Positions 1 through 9,363 of a stretch of DNA of 42,425 bases are shown piece after piece. Under the pieces are notes generated by a model, which was given only the letters and a program-made list of their open reading frames with translations, made no database searches and was not told the DNA's origin. How positions within the stretch are numbered: the stretch's first letter is position 1; every line of letters begins with the position of its first letter. The DNA comes from Candidatus Nanoarchaeia archaeon (GTDB lineage Archaea; Nanobdellota; Nanobdellia; Pacearchaeales; GW2011-AR1): the NCBI GenBank assembly GCA_041501125.1, contig JBGQNO010000005.1:1-42425 (forward strand). The letters run 5' to 3'. A program made the position numbers and the translations under genes.

Positions 1-124
1 TCGCTGATGCTCGCCTTCTTTGTCATTAATATAAAAAACGCTCTTGCATGCTTGATGAATATTGCTTTAACAAAACATGCTGCCCCTGTAACCTCGCAAG
101 GTGAAGCGTTTCAACATTAATTCT
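1..124. repeat. Dispersed structured intergenic repeat, family A, copy 1 (may extend beyond window start)
   Basis: 1-80 identical to 8795-8874; core TGCCCCTGTA-ACCTCGCAAGGT; overlaps the dys stop codon. Confidence 0.9.
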
Positions 125-1088
125 TTTCAGCAAACGCCTTCGCAACAACAAGCGGGAAAAGTATTGTCGCATCTCCGTAAACCTTTACACTTTCGCCCTT
201 GCCAGTAATTTTTCCCCATGATTTTGCTTCTTCTGGACTTGCTCCAGAGTCGCTGCCATCAAACTCTGGATTTGAATTAATATAAACTGCATAGTCGGCA
301 CCATTTCTGTAAAGATTTGCATTGCAAATAGAATGCTTGACAACTCCTCCGCCAAGAATTATCATTCCTGTCTTTTCCTTGCCAAGCGAACTGTTGTTCA
401 GCTCGCATGCATCATCTGTAATATCAAGTTTAAACCCTGGATTTTTGCTCTTGAAAAAATAAATCATGTCTCCCAAGCTTCCATCCATAATTGCAGGACA
501 ATAAACTGGAATTTCGTTTTTCTGGCACCAGTAATAAACAGAATCCTTGCTGTTTATCTCGCTTGCAAGCAATTTTATAAGTTTAACAGGAGTTAACATC
601 TCGTTTTTGTGTTTTTCCAGTATCGGAAGAACAAACTGCTCAAACCTAACATATCTCGAGTTTGGAACAAAAATATTTCCAATTCTATTGATGCCTTTTT
701 CTCTTAACATAACACCATCAGCATTAAAACTTCCAAGCTTAAAATCTCCAAGGCATTTTATGAAATCCTCTTCAATCCCGCCAGCAGTTGTTACAATCAC
801 ATCAACAAGTTTATGTTCAGCAAGATATCTGAAAATCTCTCTCAAGCCAGAACTCATAAGATTTGAAGTAAATCCAAGGTAAATAAATGCCTTTTCCTGG
901 CGCATTTTCTTCACAATCTCAATAGCTCTTGCAAGATTGCTTGCCTGAAATCCAGTAGAACTATAAGAATCGATAAGCTTATCGTAGCTAACACCAGAAT
1001 TGAAATCATAACCTTTAATGGTAATTCCATCTATCTCATCGCTTTCCTTCAATATAGCATCCTCGGGTGTTGTAGTTTTCTTATCCAT
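117..1088 (-). CDS. dys: Deoxyhypusine synthase
   Basis: Motifs TTAGGIEED, NRIGN, GGGVVKH, DGSDSGA and active-site SWGK. Confidence 0.96.
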   Translation of the reverse strand: MDKKTTTPEDAILKESDEIDGITIKGYDFNSGVSYDKLIDSYSSTGFQASNLARAIEIVKKMRQEKAFIYLGFTSNLMSSGLREIFRYLAEHKLVDVIVTTAGGIEEDFIKCLGDFKLGSFNADGVMLREKGINRIGNIFVPNSRYVRFEQFVLPILEKHKNEMLTPVKLIKLLASEINSKDSVYYWCQKNEIPVYCPAIMDGSLGDMIYFFKSKNPGFKLDITDDACELNNSSLGKEKTGMIILGGGVVKHSICNANLYRNGADYAVYINSNPEFDGSDSGASPEEAKSWGKITGKGESVKVYGDATILFPLVVAKAFAEKN

Positions 1089-1211
1089 TTTATCTGTTAA
1101 AATTTGATAATTTAATTAAAACTGATAGTAGAACTAATAAATCGGAATTGCAATCGCATTCAAAATCCTAGCTGTTTCCATGAATATGACAGAAATAAGG
1201 TGTTTTTAAAT

Positions 1212-2252
1212 TTACTGATAAGCCTCGCCAAGCAGCTTCTCAATCCTCTCCCTGAAAATCGGCAGTTGCTCAACAGTCATCTTTGCTCCAGTTGCTTCTT
1301 TATGCCCACCGCCTGTTGCACCCTCAAGCCCTTCAAGCGCTTTCAGTGTAAGCTCTCGTGCATGTTTGCCCCTTACAGAAACATTAACTCTTGAACCTTT
1401 GATGTAAGCTACTATAATTGTCTTATCAGGATACAAATAGCATAACTCGTTTGAAATATCAGCTGACAAACTCAAGTCTCCGCCGTACTGGAAAAACAAA
1501 AATTTATCTTTTGCGAATTGCTTTGCCTTTTCAACCAGTTGCTTATATTTTTTATCAACTTTCTCAAATCTTGCAAGCATTGGATTTCCAGACTCTTGCA
1601 GAATTTCATGAGGAGACTGAACTTTCAGCAGAAGCTTCATCATTCTTACAACATTGCTTGTCCTGTCTTTTAATGAAAAACCCATAATCCTTGTGATTTT
1701 GCCTATCTCAGTTTCATAAACACCCTGGAAAGCACTCTTTACACCTTGTTTCCACAATTCCGGATATTTTTTCTCAAAATCTTTGGCAAAATCAGGCAGG
1801 AAACTGTCTGCAATGCAGCCTGCCATTGCAATCCACATGTCCTCTTTTCTCTTTGTTATCTGATATGCCCAGTAAGTAGTTGGCTCTGAACTTGGTTTTT
1901 CGCTTCGCATGGAATTAAAGTAATAAATTCCTTCTGTTTCAGGATTAACATCATGATGGTCCAGCCATACTAAAGGTATATTTAATTTCTGCATCTCTGT
2001 AATGAAGTCCTGGGAAATAACAGGCTTGTCAAGAACAAAAACATAATCCGGCTTTAGCTCATTGACCTTGCTGACATAGCTGGCATCCAACTCAGGAAAA
2101 CTCTTTATTGCTACTCCGTATCCTCGGTCAATAAACTTCCTGAGCAGAAGAAAGCTGCAAAGCCCATCAGCATCATTATCAAACAAAAATAGAGGGTTCT
2201 GGCTCTTCTCAAGCAAATTTCTAAACTCCTTAATCTGGCTTTCTGTTAACAT
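1212..2252 (-). CDS. DHH/DHHA1 family phosphoesterase (RecJ/NrnA-like)
   Basis: DNDADG, DHH and C-terminal SVR..GGGH motifs. Confidence 0.88.
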   Translation of the reverse strand: MLTESQIKEFRNLLEKSQNPLFLFDNDADGLCSFLLLRKFIDRGYGVAIKSFPELDASYVSKVNELKPDYVFVLDKPVISQDFITEMQKLNIPLVWLDHHDVNPETEGIYYFNSMRSEKPSSEPTTYWAYQITKRKEDMWIAMAGCIADSFLPDFAKDFEKKYPELWKQGVKSAFQGVYETEIGKITRIMGFSLKDRTSNVVRMMKLLLKVQSPHEILQESGNPMLARFEKVDKKYKQLVEKAKQFAKDKFLFFQYGGDLSLSADISNELCYLYPDKTIIVAYIKGSRVNVSVRGKHARELTLKALEGLEGATGGGHKEATGAKMTVEQLPIFRERIEKLLGEAYQ

Positions 2253-2369
2253 ATTATTAACAATTTGCAGGTATTTTTAAACCTTGATTAAAATCCTCTC
2301 TGGTGCTTTAAATTACAAAGCTAGTTAAGAATTGACTATTTAAAATAGCTAACAGATAGCTTGAATTGA

Positions 2370-2738
2370 TTAATCTTTCCAACCATAATAATACAAAGGA
2401 ACAAGTGTAATTACAAGTAACAAATAATAAGTTACATTCTCATAATTATTTGTGAGAATGTCATAAATAACAATTAAGGGAATTACAACTGTTATTATTT
2501 TAGCCCAAATCTTCATGCCCTTGCTTTTCTTACTTATGCTCCAAGCAAAATAAAATAATGGAATGTAAAATATTGAAATACTAATCAGCATAATAATGGC
2601 AAGAAATGTCATAACGGGTGCATTAACACTAAAAAACTGGCTAAATAATCCATTCTGATTGTATAACAATATAAAAATTATACCTAAAACAATAACCAAG
2701 GAACCTATTTTTGCCCAAACATCCATTACCTTGTTCAT
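2370..2738 (-). CDS. Hypothetical 4-TM membrane protein
   Basis: 122-aa ORF with four hydrophobic segments; TATA-like box ~22 bp upstream. Confidence 0.7.
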   Translation of the reverse strand: MNKVMDVWAKIGSLVIVLGIIFILLYNQNGLFSQFFSVNAPVMTFLAIIMLISISIFYIPLFYFAWSISKKSKGMKIWAKIITVVIPLIVIYDILTNNYENVTYYLLLVITLVPLYYYGWKD

Positions 2739-2826
2739 AATATGACTATCATTTTAATCTTTAAATATCTGCTGATTATTTAAGCCCACTTAATGCACCA
2801 GAAAACATCTTATCCTCTTTTTCTTG

Positions 2827-3048
2827 CTAGGAATAAATTTTCTTAACTCCGAGTTCCAGAGCAATGTACATAACTAAAAGAACCAAACCCAGCACAAGTA
2901 AGACTATGGGGTAACCTACAATATCCCCAATACCCTTTCCAATTAAAATTGCCGCAAATATTAAGCAGAATTCCTTTATAATAGCAATGGACATTTTATT
3001 AAATTTGACATTGTTGCATTTATTATTTTTTCTCATTTTTAGAGTCAT
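2827..3048 (-). CDS. Small hypothetical membrane protein (start uncertain)
   Basis: Two hydrophobic segments; directly downstream of tRNA-Lys. Confidence 0.5.
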   Translation of the reverse strand: MTLKMRKNNKCNNVKFNKMSIAIIKEFCLIFAAILIGKGIGDIVGYPIVLLVLGLVLLVMYIALELGVKKIYS

Positions 3049-3067
3049 AATATGCCTAATAGACAGA

Positions 3068-3141
3068 TGGCCTCGATGGGATTTGAACCCACGACACCCT
3101 GATTAAGAGTCAGGTGCTCTACCAGGCTGAGCTACGAAGCC
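3068..3141 (-). tRNA. tRNA-Lys(CTT)
   Basis: Cloverleaf: acceptor GGCTTCG/CGAGGCC, anticodon arm CCTGA-CT-CTT-AA-TCAGG, T-loop GTTCAAATC. Confidence 0.96.
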
Positions 3142-3184
3142 ATAAATTTATCAGTTTTAGTCAATTTAAAAAGTTAATTAGAAG

Positions 3185-3673
3185 TTAATTCCTTCGGCTC
3201 TTTACTACAATAGCCAAAATAATAAATCCAATAATTACTGCACATGCAATGATGTAAATATTATTGCTAGAGTTATCATTGGGTATAATTTCATTATTTA
3301 ATGAACAATCTTGAGGACAAGTATTTACTGTTTCGCCATCTAAAGAGGTACAAGTGCCGTCGCCACAATAATAAGGTTTTGTCTGTGTGATACATTTTCC
3401 AAAATTATTTATACTCAAATCACAAACATATCCATTACCATATTTGGCGACACACATTTCATTGTTTGTGCAATCAGTTGTGATAGGAGCAGATTCTATA
3501 CATTGTCCGGCTGTGCATACATACTGGACAGAATGAGTCCCATCTATTGCAATGGGATTTCCTCCATTTGGACACTCGGTTGAATAAGAACACTGACGAG
3601 CAGATGTTTCAGTTAATGCAATAGTTAACGATAGTAAAAACACTCCAAGAAAGATTATCCATAATTTTTTCAT
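3185..3673 (-). CDS. Cys-rich secreted protein with C-terminal membrane anchor
   Basis: N-terminal signal-like segment, 12 Cys in ectodomain including CGDGTC..E...CPQDC, C-terminal TM plus basic tail. Confidence 0.75.
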   Translation of the reverse strand: MKKLWIIFLGVFLLSLTIALTETSARQCSYSTECPNGGNPIAIDGTHSVQYVCTAGQCIESAPITTDCTNNEMCVAKYGNGYVCDLSINNFGKCITQTKPYYCGDGTCTSLDGETVNTCPQDCSLNNEIIPNDNSSNNIYIIACAVIIGFIILAIVVKSRRN

Positions 3674-3676
3674 TTT

Positions 3677-3985
3677 TCAGCGATATTCTCTCCAGGTATA
3701 ATTGCACTTCTTGCACCTGAAGAATCTTGTTTCAGCTTCGTCTGCAGCCCGTGTCTGGCTGCTCCAGAAATATGCCTCATTATGCCCGCATTTCTTGCAG
3801 ATTGCAGACGTCACTGGCAGAAGCTCAATATCTTTTTCCTTAACTACTCCCAGACTTGCCTTTTTCTCAATCTTCTCAGAACTCTCAATCTTTATTTTTC
3901 CACTTGAACGATAACTGCATTTCTGGCATTTAACACGCTTACCATCCATAATCAGTATTGTACCACACTTAGGGCAAAATTCCAT
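3677..3985 (-). CDS. tfs: Transcription factor S (TFS/RpoM family)
   Basis: Two Zn ribbons and QTRAADE acidic hairpin. Confidence 0.93.
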   Translation of the reverse strand: MEFCPKCGTILIMDGKRVKCQKCSYRSSGKIKIESSEKIEKKASLGVVKEKDIELLPVTSAICKKCGHNEAYFWSSQTRAADEAETRFFRCKKCNYTWREYR

Positions 3986-4062
3986 TTTGTCTTTCTATCC
4001 TCGTTTATATTTAAATGTTTCGTATAAAATCCGCAGAAAGAACCAGCCAGCAAAAACATGAT

Positions 4063-4329
4063 TTACGAAATTCTGTCTCTTATCTCTTCAATATTTCCGG
4101 CAATCTCAGTGCCCTTTTCAGTCAGCTTAATCAGCTTGATTCTGCCTTTCTTCTCAAAACTTACAAGATTAAGCTTTTCAAGGTTTTGAAGAATCTTTAC
4201 AGCATGACTATATGTGCAATCAATCTCTTTTGCCAGAATGCTTCCATACCTTGCCTTTGCCAGCCTCTTTAATGCTATCAGCATCAACGCTGGTTTTTTT
4301 CTGAAAAATATATCAAGGTTGTCTTTCAT
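4063..4329 (-). CDS. Small winged-helix DNA-binding protein
   Basis: LAKEIDCTYSHAVKILQNLEKLNLV helix-turn-helix and GR..I.LTEKG wing. Confidence 0.85.
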   Translation of the reverse strand: MKDNLDIFFRKKPALMLIALKRLAKARYGSILAKEIDCTYSHAVKILQNLEKLNLVSFEKKGRIKLIKLTEKGTEIAGNIEEIRDRIS

Positions 4330-4387
4330 TTTATCATGTATATTCTGGATTATATATATTTTACCACCTTTAAAAATATTGCGATTT

Positions 4388-4406
4388 GTAACTATTTTAA
4401 AGTTTC
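4388..4406 (-). promoter_or_regulatory. 19-bp pseudo-palindromic site 11 bp upstream of TATA (4369-4376) of the wHTH gene
   Basis: Minus strand GAAACT-TTAAAAT-AGTTAC-aaatcgcaata-TTTTTAAA. Confidence 0.6.
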
Positions 4407-4412
4407 TACACT

Positions 4413-5150
4413 TTACTCGGGCTTCTGGTTAAGCAGCGGCACGAAAACATACTCTTCCTTGGTTGTATATTCCTGCAACTTGCCATCTTTCTTGTAAATC
4501 ACCATCGGTCCGGAAGTTCTCGGACAGATAAGAATTCCTTTCTGCTTCAGCAGCTTCTCAGCTATTTCCTTGATTTTGTGCTCAGTTTTCTCATTCTTGT
4601 CTATTCCTGCTGTAATTATGATTTTGTCATATTTTTTCTTCCATATCTTTCCTTTTTCAAATATGTTCTCAGCAAAAAGGTTTAATTTGCTTATCTTTTC
4701 CACATCATGCGGGTATTTTTGTTTCAAAAATCCGCGCAATCCAGCCACATTTTTCTCTGCCTTTTCAACCAGCTTGAAAATTCTCTCTATGCTTGAAGCA
4801 TTTCCAGGATATGTTAAATATGCCAGCAAAGAAACATTCCATCCGCTTCCAGTGCCAACTTCGAGCACATCATCGCCGTCGTGCAGGTCTGCAAGAACCA
4901 GCATCCTTGCAACAGTACTTGGCTGGCTTATGGTCTGTCCGTGTCCAATTGGAAGTGCAGCATCGACATAAGCTTCATCCTCGCTATAAAAGAACTTTCT
5001 GTCTACCCGGGACATTGCAAAAAGAACTTTGTTAAGCAATTCTTCCTCATGGTCAGTCAGCAAAAACCTCAGATTATATTCATAGACAGATTTCAGCATC
5101 TGCTCCATCGGACCAGGAGCATTTTTTATAATTTTTTCAGCATCTGCCAT
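4413..5150 (-). CDS. pcm: Protein-L-isoaspartate O-methyltransferase
   Basis: AYVDAALPIGHGQTISQP and VLEVGTGSGW motifs. Confidence 0.9.
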   Translation of the reverse strand: MADAEKIIKNAPGPMEQMLKSVYEYNLRFLLTDHEEELLNKVLFAMSRVDRKFFYSEDEAYVDAALPIGHGQTISQPSTVARMLVLADLHDGDDVLEVGTGSGWNVSLLAYLTYPGNASSIERIFKLVEKAEKNVAGLRGFLKQKYPHDVEKISKLNLFAENIFEKGKIWKKKYDKIIITAGIDKNEKTEHKIKEIAEKLLKQKGILICPRTSGPMVIYKKDGKLQEYTTKEEYVFVPLLNQKPE

Positions 5151-5233
5151 AATCTTTTACCATCCTGCGAGTTAATAAATATTGCTTGTCATTGAAAAGA
5201 AAAGAATAAAAACCAGCCAATATTCTAAGGGTT

Positions 5234-6922
5234 ATGCAATATTCCGAGCTTGTAGAGGTGTACCAGCAACTTGAGGCAACATCCAAGCGTCTTGAAAAAA
5301 CCAGTATTCTCGCTGCGTTTTTAAAAAAACTGAAGCATGAAGGAAATAAAGAGATAGTTTATTTGGTGCAGGGAAGAATTTTTCCTGACTATGACCAAAG
5401 AGAAATTGGAATAAGCACCCAACTCATCATTAAAGCCCTTGCCAAATCTGTAGGCATGCCTGAGCATAATATTGTAAATGAATGGAAGCTAATTGGAGAT
5501 CTTGGCAAGGTTGCTGAAAAGCTTGTAGAAAAAAAGAAACAGCATACTTTGTATTCAAAAAGGCTTACAGCTGAAAAAGTTCTTGACAATTTAAGAAAAC
5601 TCACAGAATTCATAGGCAAAGGCACAGTAGAAAAAAAGATGGGCCTTATAGCAGAACTTTTGACTTCAGCTTCTCCATCAGAAGCAAAATATATTGTAAG
5701 AACCATACTTAATGACTTAAGGATTGGCGTCGGTACAGGAGTATTGCGAGATGCAATAACAGAGGCATGCTACAATGACAAGGAAATGACAGAAAAAGTC
5801 CAGGCAGCATATGACATGACAACAGACTTTGCCCTCGTGTTCGAACTTGCATGCAAAGGCAAAAAAGACATAGAAGAAGTTGAGATTTATCCTGGCCGTC
5901 CCCTAAAAGTTATGTTATTCTTAAAAGTAAAAGACATAAAAGAAGGATTTGAAGCAGTCGGAAAGCCTGCAGCCATAGAATACAAGTATGATGGCTTCAG
6001 GATGATGATTCATAAAACAAAGAAACACGAGATTAAAATTTTCACAAGGCGACTAGATGAAGTTACAAGCCAGTTTCCAGAAGTTAAGGGCTATGTTGAA
6101 AAATACGTCAAAGGCGACACATACATTTTAGACTCGGAAGCAGTCGGATATGATTCTAAAACTATGAAATACCGTCCATTCCAGGACATAAGCCAGAGAA
6201 TCAAGCGCAAATATAATATTGAAAAACTGCAGAAAGAACTTCCTATCGAAGTCAATGTCTTTGACATTCTCTATTACAATGGGAAAAATCTTTTGAAAAT
6301 GCCATTCATAGAAAGACGCAAGATTATTGAAAAAGCAGTTACTGAAAAGCGCGGTAAAATCAAATTAGCCGAGGAAATCATAACAGACAATGAAACAAAA
6401 GCACAGGATTTCTACAAACAAGCCCTCAAAATCGGGGAAGAAGGTGTTATGATTAAAAAACTTGAAGCACCATACAAACCGGGTGCAAGAGTGGGCTCTG
6501 GCGTAAAGCTGAAGCCAGAAGAAAATGAATTTGATCTTGTTATAGTCAAGGCAGAATACGGCACTGGCAAACGCGCTGGCTGGTTAACAAGCTATACTGT
6601 TGCATGCCGCCAAGGCTCAAAGTTGCTAGAAATCGGCAAATTCTCAACAGGCTTGAAAGAGAAAGAAGAGGAAGGTTCTAGTTTTATAGAACTCACAAAG
6701 CTGCTCAAGCCACTAATCATAGAAGAACACGGACGCGAAGTAAGTGTAAAACCAAAAATAGTTGTCACAGTCAGATATCAAAATATACAACAATCGCCAA
6801 CCTATGGAAGCGGCTACGCCATGAGATTCCCAAGGTTTGTCATGCTGCGTCCAGACAGAAGTGTTAATGACATTGCAACACTTGCTGAAGTCGAGAGAGA
6901 TGCAAGAAAACAGCAAAGATAA
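5234..6922 (+). CDS. lig: ATP-dependent DNA ligase
   Basis: EYKYDG motif I, EGVMIK, MRFPRF. Confidence 0.97.
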   Translation: MQYSELVEVYQQLEATSKRLEKTSILAAFLKKLKHEGNKEIVYLVQGRIFPDYDQREIGISTQLIIKALAKSVGMPEHNIVNEWKLIGDLGKVAEKLVEKKKQHTLYSKRLTAEKVLDNLRKLTEFIGKGTVEKKMGLIAELLTSASPSEAKYIVRTILNDLRIGVGTGVLRDAITEACYNDKEMTEKVQAAYDMTTDFALVFELACKGKKDIEEVEIYPGRPLKVMLFLKVKDIKEGFEAVGKPAAIEYKYDGFRMMIHKTKKHEIKIFTRRLDEVTSQFPEVKGYVEKYVKGDTYILDSEAVGYDSKTMKYRPFQDISQRIKRKYNIEKLQKELPIEVNVFDILYYNGKNLLKMPFIERRKIIEKAVTEKRGKIKLAEEIITDNETKAQDFYKQALKIGEEGVMIKKLEAPYKPGARVGSGVKLKPEENEFDLVIVKAEYGTGKRAGWLTSYTVACRQGSKLLEIGKFSTGLKEKEEEGSSFIELTKLLKPLIIEEHGREVSVKPKIVVTVRYQNIQQSPTYGSGYAMRFPRFVMLRPDRSVNDIATLAEVERDARKQQR

Positions 6923-6952
6923 CTTTTTATAACATATTCTCCTCAAAAGTTT

Positions 6953-8227
6953 ATGCAGGAAAAAGAGTTTAATCCCGGAGATTTTGTCAAAGTTATAACA
7001 CTAAAAGAAGAGCTAGAAGGAACAATTCTAGAGTCATCTGAACAAAGCATAGTTCTCATAAAGTTAAAATCAGGATACAATATAGGAATAAAGAAAGAAG
7101 ACATCAAAGACATCAAGATTATCAAAGAAAAGGAACAAGAGCTGGAAAAGATTGAATTAAAAGAAAAGAAAAATCTTCCAAGCGTTGATATAATAATAAC
7201 AGGCGGAACAATCTCTTCTCGTGTAGACTATAAAACAGGCGCTGTAAAATGGCTGACCCAGCCTCAAGAACTTTTCAAATACTACCCTGAGATTTTTGAA
7301 ATTGTGAATGTCAGGAAAATTAAAACACCCTTCATGAAAGCAAGCGAGAACATGTCTTCTGAAGACTGGCAAGTAATTGCAAAGGAATGCGAAGCAAGCT
7401 TGAATGATTCAGATGTCAAAGGAGTTATAATAACTCACGGAACAGACTTTCTGCACTATACAGCTTCTGCATTGTCCTTTTTCCTGAGAGACTTGAATAA
7501 GCCAGTAGTTTTAACGTACGCCCAGAGAAGCTCAGACCGAGCATCTAGTGATGCGGCTCTAAATTTAAAATGCGCAGCATATGCAGCAATATCAGAGATA
7601 GCAGAAGTCATGCTTGTCGGACACGGAACAATTAATGATGATTTCTGTTATGCAATGCCAGGCACAAAAGTAAGAAAAATGCATGCGTCGCGAAGAGATG
7701 CATTCAAGACAATAAATGCAAAACCTTTTGCCAAGATTTTTCCATCTGGAAAAATTGAAAAGATTTCAGCATACAATCAAAGAAATGATGAAAAGAAAGT
7801 CAAGTTAGACAGCATTTTCAATGACAAAGTTTCTGTATTAAAAATAACACCTGGAGAAAATCCTGATATTCTCGACTGTTACTTGAAAGAAAATGAAGGC
7901 ATTATCATTGAGGCCAGCGGGCTTGGGCATGTTCCAATGTCAGAAGAATCAAAGTTCACGTGGCTTCCCAAGATAAAAAAAGCCATCGACCACGGAGTAA
8001 CAATATGCGCAACTCCCCAGACAATCTACGGAAGATTAAACCCTTTAGTCTATTCTCCAGGCAGAAGTCTGCTGAAATCCGGAGTAATTTTCCTTGAAGA
8101 CACGCTCACTGAAACAGCATTTGTAAAGCTTGGCTGGGTTCTCGCCCACAAGCAGTGGAAATCGCAGATAAAAGAAAAAATGCTCCAAAATTTCTCGCAT
8201 GAGATTAATGACAGGCTGGAAGAGTGA
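6953..8227 (+). CDS. gatD: Glu-tRNA(Gln) amidotransferase subunit D
   Basis: KLKSGYNIG N-domain, TGGTISSRVDY, HGTD, QRSSDR, RKMH. Confidence 0.95.
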   Translation: MQEKEFNPGDFVKVITLKEELEGTILESSEQSIVLIKLKSGYNIGIKKEDIKDIKIIKEKEQELEKIELKEKKNLPSVDIIITGGTISSRVDYKTGAVKWLTQPQELFKYYPEIFEIVNVRKIKTPFMKASENMSSEDWQVIAKECEASLNDSDVKGVIITHGTDFLHYTASALSFFLRDLNKPVVLTYAQRSSDRASSDAALNLKCAAYAAISEIAEVMLVGHGTINDDFCYAMPGTKVRKMHASRRDAFKTINAKPFAKIFPSGKIEKISAYNQRNDEKKVKLDSIFNDKVSVLKITPGENPDILDCYLKENEGIIIEASGLGHVPMSEESKFTWLPKIKKAIDHGVTICATPQTIYGRLNPLVYSPGRSLLKSGVIFLEDTLTETAFVKLGWVLAHKQWKSQIKEKMLQNFSHEINDRLEE

Positions 8228-8228
8228 A

Positions 8229-8579
8229 ATGACAGATACAGATTTAGCCAAGAAAATTGAGCATGAACACGATTATTACAAATTAACTGAGGAAGATAAC
8301 GAATGCACTAAAAGATTAAGAGAAATGTTTAAAGAGTGGCAATGTGATACGTGTAAAAAAAATGGTCCTGGTGCATGCAGTGCCACTGAAGCAAACGCAC
8401 GGGCTTATATTGAGATGCCAGATGGAAGTAGGAAATACTTCTGCCAGATTGGTTGTCTTTTAATGCAGCTTAGCGACCACGATATGCATGCATTCATACT
8501 ATCACAATTTGACAACGTAGGAGATTATTTAAGAAATGCACAAATACCTTATTTAACCGGCCCAGTCAATATAAAATGA
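8229..8579 (+). CDS. Hypothetical protein with Cys cluster (possible Zn binding)
   Basis: ATG 1 bp after gatD stop; CDTC...C...FCQIGC. Confidence 0.6.
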   Translation: MTDTDLAKKIEHEHDYYKLTEEDNECTKRLREMFKEWQCDTCKKNGPGACSATEANARAYIEMPDGSRKYFCQIGCLLMQLSDHDMHAFILSQFDNVGDYLRNAQIPYLTGPVNIK

Positions 8580-8788
8580 AAAATCTTTTCTGGATTATTG
8601 GCATTATTCTGTTAGTTCTCATTTTACTTTTAATTCTCAGAAGTCCAGAAGATTCCTGGATAAAAGATGAAAGAGGTTGCTGGATAAAACACGGCATGCC
8701 TTCAACAACTCCTGATTATGTCCTGGAACAGCAGAATCTGACTAATTGCAGTGAAAATGTTGTTGCAGCTATTCAGCCTGAAGAATAA
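8576..8788 (+). CDS. Small N-terminally anchored protein
   Basis: ATGA overlap with previous ORF; TM segment then EDSW...G.WIKHG.P. Confidence 0.65.
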   Translation: MKNLFWIIGIILLVLILLLILRSPEDSWIKDERGCWIKHGMPSTTPDYVLEQQNLTNCSENVVAAIQPEE

Positions 8789-8794
8789 CTCGGC

Positions 8795-8918
8795 TCGCTG
8801 ATGCTCGCCTTCTTTGTCATTAATATAAAAAACGCTCTTGCATGCTTGATGAATATTGCTTTAACAAAACATGCCGCCCTGTAACCCATCAGGGTAAATC
8901 GTTTCGACATTAATTCTT
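8795..8918. repeat. Family A repeat, copy 2
   Basis: 80 bp identical to copy 1, then GCCCTGTA-ACCCATCAGGGT-AAATCGTTTCGACATTAATTCTT; between convergent genes. Confidence 0.9.
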
Positions 8919-8946
8919 AAAATTATATAAAATGAACAATAAAGAA

Positions 8947-9258
8947 TTATTTCAGCTCAATCTTCAATCCGCCGGTTTTTGCAATTATATTGTAAAACCA
9001 TGCGAACAAAAGTCCGATTAAGCCAAACATTATCATATATATCAAAGCGAATATAAAAGGTGTGGATATTAGTTGTGCTATACTCAATGATGAAGTTGAA
9101 GGTTCAAAACCAAGTGTCTGTTGAAGGTTAGAACTTTGACTGATTAATACTCCGAAGATGCCAAGTAAAAATCCTCCAAATGCGCCCAGAAGAGCCGCTA
9201 TCTTGCCTGTGCTCAATACACCAAGCCTCTTGACTTCCATCTCTTTTCCTTTGTCCAT
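8947..9258 (-). CDS. Hypothetical 2-TM membrane protein (DUF3566-like)
   Basis: EVKRLGVLSTGKI start, two TM, YNIIAKTGGLKIEL end. Confidence 0.7.
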   Translation of the reverse strand: MDKGKEMEVKRLGVLSTGKIAALLGAFGGFLLGIFGVLISQSSNLQQTLGFEPSTSSLSIAQLISTPFIFALIYMIMFGLIGLLFAWFYNIIAKTGGLKIELK

Positions 9259-9304
9259 AAATTACTCATGGCTTTCTTGTTTTTAAAACTTCTTCAGGTA
9301 TAGT

Positions 9305-9323
9305 GTAACTGAGTGGTAGTGAC
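9305..9323 (+). promoter_or_regulatory. 19-bp pseudo-palindromic site 11 bp upstream of TATA (9335-9342)
   Basis: GTAACT-GAGTGGT-AGTGAC-atgtagtaagg-TTTATAAA. Confidence 0.65.
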
Positions 9324-9363
9324 ATGTAGTAAGGTTTATAAACAGGTAAACCCCTATTTTTGC

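Noticed and set aside
2290-3141. Integrated element at tRNA-Lys
   Set aside because: No integrase and no duplicated tRNA 3' end seen; only low GC and orphan genes
8795-8918. Hammerhead ribozyme or C/D box RNA reading (CTGATG, TTGATGA, CGAAAC words)
   Set aside because: Core motifs are not in the required order on one strand and are not conserved among copies
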